A DNA stretch of 64,000 nucleotides from Patescibacteria group bacterium (lineage in GTDB: Bacteria > Patescibacteriota > Patescibacteriia > Veblenbacterales > UBA10138): the NCBI GenBank assembly GCA_041648575.1, contig JBAZOT010000001.1, positions 31,298 to 95,297 of the forward strand. Reading direction: 5' to 3'. Shown piece after piece: positions 28,344 through 38,012 of the stretch. Made by a program: the position numbers and the translations under genes. The notes beneath the pieces are model-generated. The model was not told the origin of the DNA. It saw only the letters and a list, made by a program, of their open reading frames with translations, and searched no databases. The first letter of the stretch is position 1; every line of letters begins with the position of its first letter.

Positions 28344-29708
28344 ATGAAAAGTAGAAAGAAATTTTGGAAATTAGGCAGAGCAGATTTAAATACTGATTAT
28401 TTTGATATTAACAAAAATGGTCAACTAGTAGTTAAAGAGGGGAATTATCAATACAATTTATTTGATCTAACGCGTAAATTTAACACTTCACTAGAATTAG
28501 TATTTCCTTTTATTATTGAAAAGCGATTGCAGGAATTAATAGCGATTTTTAATAAGTGGATTAAAGCGTATCGTTATCGGGGCAAATTTTTTTATCATTA
28601 CCCAATGAAAGTAAACCAGAATAAGGAATTTGTGCTGCCGATAATTTCTGAAGGTGGAAATATTGAGGTAACAAGTGCCAACGAATTGTGGTTGGTTAAG
28701 CGGTTGTGGGAGCAAGGTCAGTTTAATACTAGAATCAGAGTAATTTGTAATGGACCAAAAACTAATTATTATTTGTCACTTATTTCTGAATTAAGAGAAA
28801 AGGGTTTACAAATAACACCGATTATTGAAGATATGGATGAGGTAGTGTCCATTAATGGTTTTAAAGGTGATGTTGGGATACGACTGGACCCAGATGTTAG
28901 AATACGAGCACATTGGGACAAGAAATTTGGCCGATTTGGTTTACCGGCTAAAGAAATATTAAAATTAGGACGCATTAGAAATTTAAAATTACTGCACTAT
29001 CACATGTCAACACAGATTGAATATCAAGAGGATTTGATTGCACCATTAAAAAAAGCCCTTAATCTGTATGTTAAACTGCATAAAACTAATCCTAATTTAG
29101 ATATGATTGATTTAGGTGGTGGCTTGCCTGTGCCTTATGAAGGAACGCCGCTGTATAATACCGAAGCTATTGTTAAACGAATTATTAGGAATATTCAGCG
29201 AACAACAGATCGTGCTGGAGTTCCTAATCCTGATATCTTGGTAGAGTGGGGAAGTTATTTAGTGGCACCAGCACAAATGACAATTTATCGGGTGTTGAAT
29301 GAAAAGCCAATTGAAAACGCTATGGCGAAAAAATGGTATGTGGTTGACGGAAGTTTTATGAACGATTTAAAAGATACTTGGGCTATTCATCAAAAATGGC
29401 AAGTAGTGCCGATTAATAATTTACATGCTAAAAAATTAACCAGGGTGTGGTTAGCTGGTCTGTCTTGTGATTCAGATGATAAATATACTGCTGGTGGGGA
29501 ATATATTTTATTGCCTCGATTGGAAGACTTAGAAAACGGTGATCAGCAGTTTGTAGCCATGCTTTCTACTGGCGCTTATCAAGATTCCCTAGCATCACAT
29601 CATTGCTTATTATCATCACCAGCTAAGATAATTGCTCAAAATGGGGTTTTAATGGTGGCGAGAAAAAGAGAGAGCGCAGAAGAAGTAGGTAAACAATTTG
29701 GGTGGTAA
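28344..29708 (+). CDS. speA: PLP-dependent group IV decarboxylase, probably arginine decarboxylase
   Basis: YPMKVNQ PLP lysine, CNGPK, DLGGG, LSCDSD, GAYQ; adjacent to agmatinase. Confidence 0.75.
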   Translation: MKSRKKFWKLGRADLNTDYFDINKNGQLVVKEGNYQYNLFDLTRKFNTSLELVFPFIIEKRLQELIAIFNKWIKAYRYRGKFFYHYPMKVNQNKEFVLPIISEGGNIEVTSANELWLVKRLWEQGQFNTRIRVICNGPKTNYYLSLISELREKGLQITPIIEDMDEVVSINGFKGDVGIRLDPDVRIRAHWDKKFGRFGLPAKEILKLGRIRNLKLLHYHMSTQIEYQEDLIAPLKKALNLYVKLHKTNPNLDMIDLGGGLPVPYEGTPLYNTEAIVKRIIRNIQRTTDRAGVPNPDILVEWGSYLVAPAQMTIYRVLNEKPIENAMAKKWYVVDGSFMNDLKDTWAIHQKWQVVPINNLHAKKLTRVWLAGLSCDSDDKYTAGGEYILLPRLEDLENGDQQFVAMLSTGAYQDSLASHHCLLSSPAKIIAQNGVLMVARKRESAEEVGKQFGW

Positions 29709-29715
29709 TAATTTT

Positions 29716-30588
29716 ATGAAACTTAAGTATCAAAAAGAACCATTTAATTTTGGGGGATTAGAGCCAGCCACTTGGGATAAGGCAAGGGTGGCGGTTTTAC
29801 CAATCCCTTATGAAAGCACAACCACTTATGGCGGCGGTACGGCTCGGGGTCCATCTGCTATTATTGACGCTTCGCGGCATATGGAATTATGGGATATAGA
29901 GTTAGGCAAGGATTTTTCTCGTCTTGGTTTTTTTACTTTTCCGGAATTAGAACCAGATATGTCTGGTCCAGAACAAACCATGGGTCGTATTCAAGATGCT
30001 GTAGCTGAAATAGTAAAAGATGAAAAATGGCCTTTGGTGTTAGGTGGCGAACATTCAATAACACCAGCGGTAGTGGCGGCGGTGCAGAGTAAATACAAAA
30101 AATTATCAGTATTACAAATAGATGCGCATACTGATTTGCGGAATGAATACCAAGGCACTAAATATAGTCATGCTTGTGCCATGCGACGTGTTTATGACTT
30201 AAATATTCCAACTGCAGCAGTTGGTATTCGTTCGGTTAGTGAAGAAGAAACAAAGTTTATTAGTAATGCCAAACTTGCCAGTAGAATTTTTTATGCACCT
30301 GAGATTCCAGTTGATACAGTATTAAAATGCTTAAGTGATTATGTATATATCACGGTAGATGTAGATGGTTTTGATTCTAGTATTATGCCCGGAACCGGTA
30401 CCCCTGAACCAGGAGGGTTAAACTGGTATCAGGTTATTGATTTATTGCGTGCTGTTGGTAAGCAGAAAAAAATTGTCGGAGCTGATATTGTGGAATTAGC
30501 ACCAATCCCTGGCCAGCCGGCAGAGGATTTCTTAGCTGCGAAATTAGCTTATAAAATTATTGGTTATTCTTTTTTTGGTAGGAAGTGA
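29716..30588 (+). CDS. speB: Agmatinase
   Basis: GGEHS, DAHTD, SHAC, DVDGFD, PGTGTPEPGG. Confidence 0.92.
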   Translation: MKLKYQKEPFNFGGLEPATWDKARVAVLPIPYESTTTYGGGTARGPSAIIDASRHMELWDIELGKDFSRLGFFTFPELEPDMSGPEQTMGRIQDAVAEIVKDEKWPLVLGGEHSITPAVVAAVQSKYKKLSVLQIDAHTDLRNEYQGTKYSHACAMRRVYDLNIPTAAVGIRSVSEEETKFISNAKLASRIFYAPEIPVDTVLKCLSDYVYITVDVDGFDSSIMPGTGTPEPGGLNWYQVIDLLRAVGKQKKIVGADIVELAPIPGQPAEDFLAAKLAYKIIGYSFFGRK

Positions 30589-30621
30589 ATTAATCTGTTA
30601 ATTTGATTCAATTTTTGTAAT

Positions 30622-30662
30622 AAAAAAGAGCCATCTGATTTTTTTAATGAAAATCAAATGGC
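30622..30662 (-). terminator. Terminator of the nfeD-flotillin-CA unit
   Basis: GCCATTTGATTTT...AAAATCAGATGGC followed by TCTTTTTT on the - strand. Confidence 0.65.
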
Positions 30663-30683
30663 CCAACCAGCTACTTAGTAGCC

Positions 30684-31247
30684 TTATTTAGTCACTTCCT
30701 CAAATGTGACCTGAGTGTGCTGTTCATTCGCAAATTTTGCGAAATATAGTTTGAAATTAGTACCGGTGAAGAAATGCTTCACCAGAAACTTCGAGACTTT
30801 GCTTAGATCTACTTTTTGTCTTTCAGCCATATCTCGCAGACTGCGTAGGAAGGTATTGGTTCCAATTTTCTCCCGCAGCGATTCATAAGCTTGGCAGTCT
30901 TCGTGATTAATAAGGATAACCACTTTGACCGAATGGAAATGATCAAGTATAAACTCGATCTGCTCCTTAGTCACCTTGAAGTGCTTAGGGAGCGCATCCA
31001 TTTCTGACAACGAACTGATGCCGCCCGGGATAATAATGGGTACATATTTTCCTTGAGCAAGTTCTAGGCATCCTTTTTCTTGTTGGCCTTCGATGAAATT
31101 ACGGAAGGCATTTTGAAAGCGGGGATCGTCGCAGTGAATTATGATGGCTTCGGGGTTTGAATCAAGGTCGACTGGAAATTCCAACACGGTCGTAAATTTT
31201 TCAACAGTTCCTGTTGGTGCAATATTAGATTTATCTTTTTCAGCCAT
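30684..31247 (-). CDS. Beta-carbonic anhydrase-like protein
   Basis: HCDDPRF (CxDxR), PGG, NHEDC (HxxC) zinc ligands. Confidence 0.75.
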   Translation of the reverse strand: MAEKDKSNIAPTGTVEKFTTVLEFPVDLDSNPEAIIIHCDDPRFQNAFRNFIEGQQEKGCLELAQGKYVPIIIPGGISSLSEMDALPKHFKVTKEQIEFILDHFHSVKVVILINHEDCQAYESLREKIGTNTFLRSLRDMAERQKVDLSKVSKFLVKHFFTGTNFKLYFAKFANEQHTQVTFEEVTK

Positions 31248-31290
31248 AGATTATATTCCTCTTGTTATTGGCAAATCAATTAAATATTAT

Positions 31291-31323
31291 GTGGGAGAGT
31301 TTTGTACTCTCCCACTGTTTTTT
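31291..31323. terminator. Intergenic hairpin between flotillin and CA
   Basis: GTGGGAGAG-TTTTGTA-CTCTCCCAC. Confidence 0.55.
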
Positions 31324-31337
31324 CCTTTGCATGTTGC

Positions 31338-33104
31338 TTAGGCTTCGACTGTGGTATGTTTTGGGTGTTCCTCCTTGAATTTCAGCCCAGGAAGTAATTT
31401 CTCGATTTCATCAGGTTTAATCCCAATTTTTTCAAGAAAGCCGGTGATGTCCATTTTCAACGCCTTCATTTGCGTGAAGACTTTAAAAATAATATTAGGA
31501 ACGAGAGTGCTCATTCGCTCAATACCGCCATCACCGTTTTTTCCTCCGCCCAAATCGACAATTGAGATATTGTCGATGTTGCTTAAACCAGCGGCTGTCG
31601 ACCGGAAGATTGATTCCATGACTTTCGAGCCAGCTTCGCCAGCTTCCTCAAGCAGTCGCGGTAACCGATCTAGAATGAGTAGCAGTTTGGCTGCCTCACT
31701 CATTTCCATCATTGCCACATTCATGGCTTTGGCGCCATCAGCATCAGCTAGTAAGCCTTGTTTCTTACCTTCAGCTTCAGCTAGTAGGTATTGTTTCTTA
31801 CCTTCAGCATCAGCTAGTAAGCCTTGTTTCTTACCTTCAGCTTGAGCTAACAGTATTGCCCTTTGGCCGTCAGCATCAGCGAGCATGACCTTGAGTTTCA
31901 ACGCTGCTTCACCTTCACCCTTCAGGGTGTCGGCATCTTTTTTACCTTCAGCTTCCGTTTTCAGAGCGATAGCTAAGGCTTCAGCTTCCAATTCGCGTTT
32001 TCTCTTAGCCGCTACAGCTTCAATCTCGATTTTCTTTCGAGCGGCATCCGCATTGATTTCTATCTGCTTGCGATTGGCTTCGGCCTGCATGATAATTGAT
32101 GCATTAAGTTCAGCTTTTTTGCGTTCTGCTTCTTTTTCCTCAACAGCAATTTGTGCTTGTTTTCCCGCGGCATCTCGTTTGGCCTCGGCAATTTTCAATT
32201 GTTCTTGTTGAGCTGCTAAGGCAATCGACTTTGCTGTTTCCGCTTTAGCCACCTCATTAGCTGTCGAGACCTGGTATTGTGCTTTTTTTATGTCCCGGTC
32301 TTTTTCAGCCTCCGCTATCAACGCCTCATTTTTAGCTTTGACAAGAGCGGCTTCTTTGAGCGCATCAGATGTTTTAACCTGCGTATCCCTGTCGGCTTCT
32401 GCTACCTTGACGGCGGCATCTTTTTTAGCCTCGGCTACTGCTTTTTTACCAAGAGCATCAATGTAGCCCTCGGCGTCCTTTACTTCTTGGATGACCAAGG
32501 TGACGATTTCAATACCCAGCCGTTTTAGTTCCTCTTTTGATTCTTCCACGACCTTTTTATTGTACTCGTCTCGCTTTCGCAGGAGCCCATCGATGTCCAG
32601 ATTTCCGATAATAGATCGGTTGTGGCCCTGGAGGATATTTTGAACAATTTTATGAATCTCATCCTCGGCTTTTCCAAGAAAGTTTTCCGCGGCATTCATT
32701 AAATCCTCTGGTGCCGTGCCAATTTTGCAGGTGGCGACACCTTTAACATTAATCGGTACATTATCTTTGTTCGGGATTTCTTTCTCATCGATGTTGATTT
32801 GAAAGGCTGTTGTGGAAAGTTCTGCGAAATTTTCAACAAACGGGATTACGATGCCACCACCCGAGGGAACAACCTTAAAACCAAATGTTCTTTTTGGTGC
32901 TAGTTTAGCGCCATCCTTTTCCACAGCTTTATCCCGGGGATCGGAATAAGTGTATTTTCGGCCGTAGTAAATTCCTACTCTTCCAGGAGGAATTTTTTTG
33001 TAACGACTGGCCATGACTCGTAGTGTAAATAAAATACCAAATACTACGAGTAGTATCATTATTGGTACGAAAACGCTTCCGAAGAAATTTCCTATTGCGT
33101 CCAT
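31338..33104 (-). CDS. Flotillin (SPFH/band 7) family protein
   Basis: N-terminal TM, SPFH domain (AAENFLGK, GYIDALG), AE-rich coiled coil, IDNISIVDLG tail. Confidence 0.92.
   Translation of the reverse strand: MDAIGNFFGSVFVPIMILLVVFGILFTLRVMASRYKKIPPGRVGIYYGRKYTYSDPRDKAVEKDGAKLAPKRTFGFKVVPSGGGIVIPFVENFAELSTTAFQINIDEKEIPNKDNVPINVKGVATCKIGTAPEDLMNAAENFLGKAEDEIHKIVQNILQGHNRSIIGNLDIDGLLRKRDEYNKKVVEESKEELKRLGIEIVTLVIQEVKDAEGYIDALGKKAVAEAKKDAAVKVAEADRDTQVKTSDALKEAALVKAKNEALIAEAEKDRDIKKAQYQVSTANEVAKAETAKSIALAAQQEQLKIAEAKRDAAGKQAQIAVEEKEAERKKAELNASIIMQAEANRKQIEINADAARKKIEIEAVAAKRKRELEAEALAIALKTEAEGKKDADTLKGEGEAALKLKVMLADADGQRAILLAQAEGKKQGLLADAEGKKQYLLAEAEGKKQGLLADADGAKAMNVAMMEMSEAAKLLLILDRLPRLLEEAGEAGSKVMESIFRSTAAGLSNIDNISIVDLGGGKNGDGGIERMSTLVPNIIFKVFTQMKALKMDITGFLEKIGIKPDEIEKLLPGLKFKEEHPKHTTVEA
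31738..31849 (-). repeat. In-frame 33-bp tandem repeat (3 units plus a partial) in flotillin
   Basis: TCAGCATCAGCTAGTAAGCCTTGTTTCTTACCT at 31738 and 31804 identical; variant at 31771. Confidence 0.9.
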
Positions 33105-33157
33105 GATTATTCTCCATTATTTTGTTTGTAATTTGTGATTTATGATCGTACAAAAAC

Positions 33158-33688
33158 TCAAGTTAGTGTTACTAGTAATTCGCTTCCGTTGTTACCGACA
33201 ATTTTTATTGCCCGGCCTTTTTCTATTGGCTCGCCGTTTTGTGAGCGGGCTAGGTAAGTTTTGTAAGCACCATAGACGGTAACGCTAATTTCTCCTATTC
33301 CATTTTTACTGATGGAAGTTACAACTGACCCGATTAATCCGATGGTGGCTGATGTTGGAATAAGTGAAGTTCCTTGTTGTTTATACATCAGGCTTAAGCC
33401 AAAAAACATTAGCCCAGCGACTATAACGCCAAACAATATGCCGATTAGGGATGACGCAACTATATCGACATTATAATATCTTGCGATTGCACCGGCTGCT
33501 CCGAATACCATAATACCAGTAGCAATAACCTTGGTACTAAAAATACTGATGGTAGTTTCCGAAGTGCCTTCATGATCAATGGTTGTATCGTGGTCGGTAT
33601 CAGTAGAAACATCATGATCATGACCAAAGATTAGTGAAGATGCTAGCCAAATAATGCCAGCAATAGCCAACGCGATGAATATTGGCAT
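33158..33688 (-). CDS. NfeD-like membrane protein (flotillin partner)
   Basis: Three TMs, His/Asp-rich loop, C-terminal OB-fold-like G.VV.SI..G.GEI; directly upstream of flotillin. Confidence 0.85.
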   Translation of the reverse strand: MPIFIALAIAGIIWLASSLIFGHDHDVSTDTDHDTTIDHEGTSETTISIFSTKVIATGIMVFGAAGAIARYYNVDIVASSLIGILFGVIVAGLMFFGLSLMYKQQGTSLIPTSATIGLIGSVVTSISKNGIGEISVTVYGAYKTYLARSQNGEPIEKGRAIKIVGNNGSELLVTLT

Positions 33689-33769
33689 GATTTACTCCTT
33701 TCGTTGAATGTGAAACATTGTTATTTAATTGTGAATTTTATCAATATTTATATTTATATTTATCGCAAC

Positions 33770-33798
33770 ACCTTAACATAAGGCTGTTTTTTTGTCAA
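33770..33798 (-). promoter_or_regulatory. Promoter of nfeD-flotillin-CA
   Basis: TTGACA-N17-TAAGGT with TG extension on the - strand. Confidence 0.6.
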
Positions 33799-33891
33799 TG
33801 TTTATAATATTTGGTTATAATATTTTATCAAATTGTCAATACTTTAACTAAGATTACAAATAATGTTAATTTTATTAAATATATTAAATAG

Positions 33892-33932
33892 AAAAATCAG
33901 CCTCCCTAATAGATTTTATGGGGAGGCTTTTT
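33892..33932. terminator. Terminator hairpin
   Basis: AGCCTCCC...GGGAGGCT flanked by A and T runs. Confidence 0.65.
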
Positions 33933-33966
33933 GATGTAAATATATTTTTACTTAACAATTTGGTGT

Positions 33967-34503
33967 TTAGGCATTAATATTCTCTTTGGCTATATTTTTC
34001 TTCACAGTTGTAATAATAGCTGGCCAATCATATGCCTCGGGTCTTAATAGTGTTTCATCTACACCATGAGTTAATATTGGGAGTTTAACGAAGTAAACGA
34101 TTGTTGAAAGTTCATTCGCGGTTTGCATTTCTTGTTTTGTAATATACCATTGATTAGGCTCTTGTTTCCCTAATGAATTAACTAGTGCTATGGTTTCATG
34201 GTTGCAACTATGCGGACGTAATCCCACGATTATAAGTGGGTAATGTCTTTTTGCCGCTTCCTTGCAAAGAGTAATACAATTGAGCGGTTGCGAATCGCAC
34301 CCGTTGGCTAAAGGTATATCAAATTCAGTGAGCATAATATAATCTTTCTCGCTGAGATTAGATGCTTCTTTTTCTAACCGAATTTGATCAAAAACAGATA
34401 ATGCTTGGTTATAACTTTGCGCAATGCGAATATTATGTATTCCTTGAATTTGTTTCAACAGTGCAACAGAAGCAGTGTTCAGTGTAACGATTATAATGTT
34501 CAT
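33967..34503 (-). CDS. Hypothetical protein resembling a degenerate receiver domain
   Basis: MNIIIV, AQSYNQAL, DYIMLTEFDIP echo the CheY-like beta1/alpha2/beta3 pattern without the acidic pocket; AGGAG RBS. Confidence 0.45.
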   Translation of the reverse strand: MNIIIVTLNTASVALLKQIQGIHNIRIAQSYNQALSVFDQIRLEKEASNLSEKDYIMLTEFDIPLANGCDSQPLNCITLCKEAAKRHYPLIIVGLRPHSCNHETIALVNSLGKQEPNQWYITKQEMQTANELSTIVYFVKLPILTHGVDETLLRPEAYDWPAIITTVKKNIAKENINA

Positions 34504-34550
34504 TTTTAACTCCTATATTAATTGGTTATTATTTAATTTTTATTTATTTA

Positions 34551-34601
34551 AGGCTAACATTATATTTCCGTCTTGTCAAGAGTATAAAAATATAGTAAAG
34601 T
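34551..34601. promoter_or_regulatory. Divergent promoters sharing one TTGTCAA -35 element (secA and the - strand orphan)
   Basis: +: TTGTCA(34573)-N17-TAAAGT; -: TTGACA-N17-TAGCCT with TG extension. Confidence 0.55.
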
Positions 34602-34613
34602 AAATTCTACTCT

Positions 34614-37334
34614 ATGTCATTTTTAACTAAACTATTTGGTGACCCAAACGCTAAGGTAATTAAGACTTTGGAACCAATAGTCCAGAAAATAAATTCTTTA
34701 GAGCCAGAAGTGCAAAAGTTGACAAATGAGGCACTAAAAGGTAAATCTCAAGAATTTAAGGATCGATTGTCTAAAGGAGAAACTTTGGATGATTTGTTGC
34801 CCGATGCATTTGCTTGTGTTAGGGAGGCGGCCAAGCGCACTTTGGGTCAACGTCATTTTGATGCGCAATTAATCGGCGGTATTGTTTTACATCGCGGACA
34901 AATCGCGGAAATGAGAACTGGTGAAGGAAAAACTTTAACTGCTACTTTGGCTGTATATTTAAATGCCTTATCAAGCAAGGGCGTGCACGTGGTAACGGTA
35001 AATGATTATTTATCGCGACGTGATGCTGTGTGGATGGGGCAAATTTATTACGCTCTTGGTTTGGTGGCTGGTTGTATTAATCACGAGCGGTCGTTTATTT
35101 ACAGCCCAGAAGTAATTCACGAGGATGCTTCATATAACAAGTTAAAGGAGGTTACTCGGCAGGAGGCGTATCAGGCTGATATTACTTATGGAACCAATAA
35201 CGAATTTGGTTTTGATTATTTGCGCGACAATATGGTTTGGCAACTGCAGCAAAAAGCACAACGCGCGCTTAATTATGCCATTGTTGACGAAGTTGACTCC
35301 ATATTGGTAGATGAAGCTAGAACGCCGTTAATTATTTCTGCGCCAGCCGAAGAAGCAGTTGAGAAATATTATGATGTGGCTCGGTTTTTAGCTGGTTTGC
35401 AAGAAAATACTGATTATAATGTTGATGAAAAAATGCATGCCGCCACGTTTAGTGAAGAAGGTGTAACTAGGGCAGAAAAATGGCTGGGCGTGGAAAATTT
35501 GTATACTGGAGCAGATGTGGAAATAATCCATCTACTAGAGGCTGGTTTGAAAGCCAAAGCTTTGTTTAAACGGGATAAGCAATATGTGGTACGCGATAAC
35601 GAAGTGGTAATTGTGGATGAGTTTACTGGTAGGCTGATGTTTGGCCGGCGATATTCCGAGGGGTTGCATCAAGCTATCGAAGCCAAGGAAAATGTAAAAA
35701 TTCAACGGGAAAGTATGACTATGGCCACAGTCACATTTCAAAATTATTTTAGAATGTATGAAAAATTAGCTGGCATGACTGGTACAGCTGCTACTGAAGC
35801 AGAGGAATTTTCTAAAATATATGATTTGGAAGTAGTCACTATACCAACCAATAAACCAATGATTCGTTTGGATGCTTCAGATTTAATTTATAAAACAGAG
35901 CAGTCAAAATTTGACGCTGTGGTTCAGGAAATCAAAACGAGACACGAAGCGGGTCAGCCAGTATTGGTTGGTACTATTTCCATTGCTAAGAATGAAATTT
36001 TGGATGAAATGTTAAAACGTGAAGGAGTACCTCATGAAGTATTAAATGCTAAGAACCACGCGCGTGAAGCAAGTATAATTGCGCAAGCGGGTCGTAGGGG
36101 CGCTGTGACATTAGCTACTAACATGGCGGGACGCGGCGTAGATATTATTTTGGGTGGCTTTCCATTGGATCAAATCGAAGCTGAATTTATCAAACAAGCA
36201 GGTGGTTTGCATGTAATTGGTACAGAGCGCCATGAATCGCGACGTATTGATAACCAGCTAAGAGGCAGATCGGGCCGCCAAGGTGATCCTGGGTCGTCAC
36301 AATTTTTTGTTAGCTTGGAAGACGACTTAATGAGAATTTTTGGCGGTGAAAGAGTAAAAATGATGATGGAGCGACTAGGATTGCCAGATGATGTACCTAT
36401 TACTAACGCTATAGTTTCTAAATCAATTGCCGCAGCTCAAAAAAAAGTTGAAGGTGATAATTTTGATATTAGAAAACATTTGGTTGATTATGACGATGTT
36501 TTAAATAAACAGCGTGAGGCAATCTACCGTCGACGAGTAGAGATTTTAGATTTAGCTGAAGAAAATCCAGCTGAGTTGAAGAATTTGGTTTTAGAACAAG
36601 TAACGGCAGAAATTGCTAGTGTGGTATCATTTCATACGGCCTTAACAGATGAAAAAGAATGGAATTTGCAGGAAATTTATGAAGTAATCAACACAATTTT
36701 TCCGGTGTCGCTCGAGGTTAGAAAAAAACTTAATGAGATAGAAGAGCAAGCGGGTGATGCTTCAGCCGATGCTAAGGCGCGAAATAAACTAATTAACTAT
36801 TTAACTAAATTAGCAACTGAGGAATATGAAACTCATGAGCAACAATTAATTAAGCAAGCGGAAAAATTACAGCAGGGTGATCCGGAAAAAATTATGCGCA
36901 ATGTAGAACGTACAATTTTACTGCGATCCTTGGATAATCATTGGGTAAAACATTTAACTTCTATAGATCACCTTAGGGTTGGTATTGGGCTTAGGGGGTA
37001 TGGTCAGCGTGAACCGTTGGTTGAGTATAAGCGCGAGAGTTATAAAATGTATCAGGATTTGATTGCACTAATTAGAAATTCAGTTGTTTATTCAATTTAT
37101 AAGACTGAATTAACCCAAAGAATGGCTGGAGCTACTGAAGCGCCAGTTAGAAAAACTCAAGAATTAGGGCCGGCTAAAACGAGTTCTACCCAAAATATGA
37201 TGTTTGGCGCTACTTCTTCTACAGCCACAGTTCCGCAGAGTAAAATTAAAGATGCCCAAGGGCACAAAGTCGGCCGCAACGACCCTTGCCCGTGTGGTTC
37301 TGGTAAAAAGTACAAGCGATGTCACGGTAGATAG
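34614..37334 (+). CDS. secA: Preprotein translocase ATPase SecA
   Basis: MRTGEGKT, DEVDSILVDEARTPLIIS, TNMAGRG, GRQGDPG, C-terminal SEC-C GRNDPCPCGSGKKYKRCHG. Confidence 0.98.
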   Translation: MSFLTKLFGDPNAKVIKTLEPIVQKINSLEPEVQKLTNEALKGKSQEFKDRLSKGETLDDLLPDAFACVREAAKRTLGQRHFDAQLIGGIVLHRGQIAEMRTGEGKTLTATLAVYLNALSSKGVHVVTVNDYLSRRDAVWMGQIYYALGLVAGCINHERSFIYSPEVIHEDASYNKLKEVTRQEAYQADITYGTNNEFGFDYLRDNMVWQLQQKAQRALNYAIVDEVDSILVDEARTPLIISAPAEEAVEKYYDVARFLAGLQENTDYNVDEKMHAATFSEEGVTRAEKWLGVENLYTGADVEIIHLLEAGLKAKALFKRDKQYVVRDNEVVIVDEFTGRLMFGRRYSEGLHQAIEAKENVKIQRESMTMATVTFQNYFRMYEKLAGMTGTAATEAEEFSKIYDLEVVTIPTNKPMIRLDASDLIYKTEQSKFDAVVQEIKTRHEAGQPVLVGTISIAKNEILDEMLKREGVPHEVLNAKNHAREASIIAQAGRRGAVTLATNMAGRGVDIILGGFPLDQIEAEFIKQAGGLHVIGTERHESRRIDNQLRGRSGRQGDPGSSQFFVSLEDDLMRIFGGERVKMMMERLGLPDDVPITNAIVSKSIAAAQKKVEGDNFDIRKHLVDYDDVLNKQREAIYRRRVEILDLAEENPAELKNLVLEQVTAEIASVVSFHTALTDEKEWNLQEIYEVINTIFPVSLEVRKKLNEIEEQAGDASADAKARNKLINYLTKLATEEYETHEQQLIKQAEKLQQGDPEKIMRNVERTILLRSLDNHWVKHLTSIDHLRVGIGLRGYGQREPLVEYKRESYKMYQDLIALIRNSVVYSIYKTELTQRMAGATEAPVRKTQELGPAKTSSTQNMMFGATSSTATVPQSKIKDAQGHKVGRNDPCPCGSGKKYKRCHGR

Positions 37335-37398
37335 CTTTTTTGTATAATTAAAGTTCAATATGCCACAACTTTTATTTAATGAAATAAATCTAGCGCAG

Positions 37399-37448
37399 TC
37401 CCGTAGTGAAGTGACACTTCTACTACTAGGATAAGAAGTGTCACGGGA
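37399..37448. terminator. Hairpin downstream of secA
   Basis: GTGACACTTCT...AGAAGTGTCAC 11-bp stem; no U tract on the + strand. Confidence 0.45.
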
Positions 37449-37476
37449 AATAATTTAACCTTTAAAAAACGTACCT

Positions 37477-37938
37477 ATGCATAATCCCGAAAAAGAAACT
37501 GGCGAGATAAAAGGAGAGTTGGAATTAGTTTTTACTGGAGATGAATTTATTTTACCTAGTGATACGCGAATTTTAGAGCCCGTGCGAAATGAGCTGGAAA
37601 GAAGATTGTTGGCCGCTGGTTGGGTTGAAGAGAAGATTGAGAAGGTTTTAGTGGCAGTTGATGAAGCAATTACTAACGCTGTTAAGCATGGCAATAAAAA
37701 TAAACCAGAAGCCAAGGTTTATATCAGATTAACCCTTGATAATTTAGATTTTAAAGTTGTAATTCGTGATGAGGGTAGCGGTATTCCAGATGATCAGGTG
37801 CCGGATCCGCGTCAGCAAGAGAATATAACCAAAGCTGATGGTCGTGGTATTTTTTTAATGAAACAACTTAGCGACAAAACAGAATTTAATGGGCCAGAAG
37901 TCATATTATATTTTAAAAATGATGTTCAGATAAATTAA
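37477..37938 (+). CDS. RsbW/SpoIIAB-like anti-sigma ATP-binding protein
   Basis: EAITNAVKHG (N box), DEGSG (G1), GRGIFLM (G2). Confidence 0.9.
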   Translation: MHNPEKETGEIKGELELVFTGDEFILPSDTRILEPVRNELERRLLAAGWVEEKIEKVLVAVDEAITNAVKHGNKNKPEAKVYIRLTLDNLDFKVVIRDEGSGIPDDQVPDPRQQENITKADGRGIFLMKQLSDKTEFNGPEVILYFKNDVQIN

Positions 37939-38012
37939 AAAGTGTTGAGACTATCCGTTATTTTTACAATGGTGGTCATGGAAAATAATTTAATATTTTA
38001 ATAAGTAAATTT

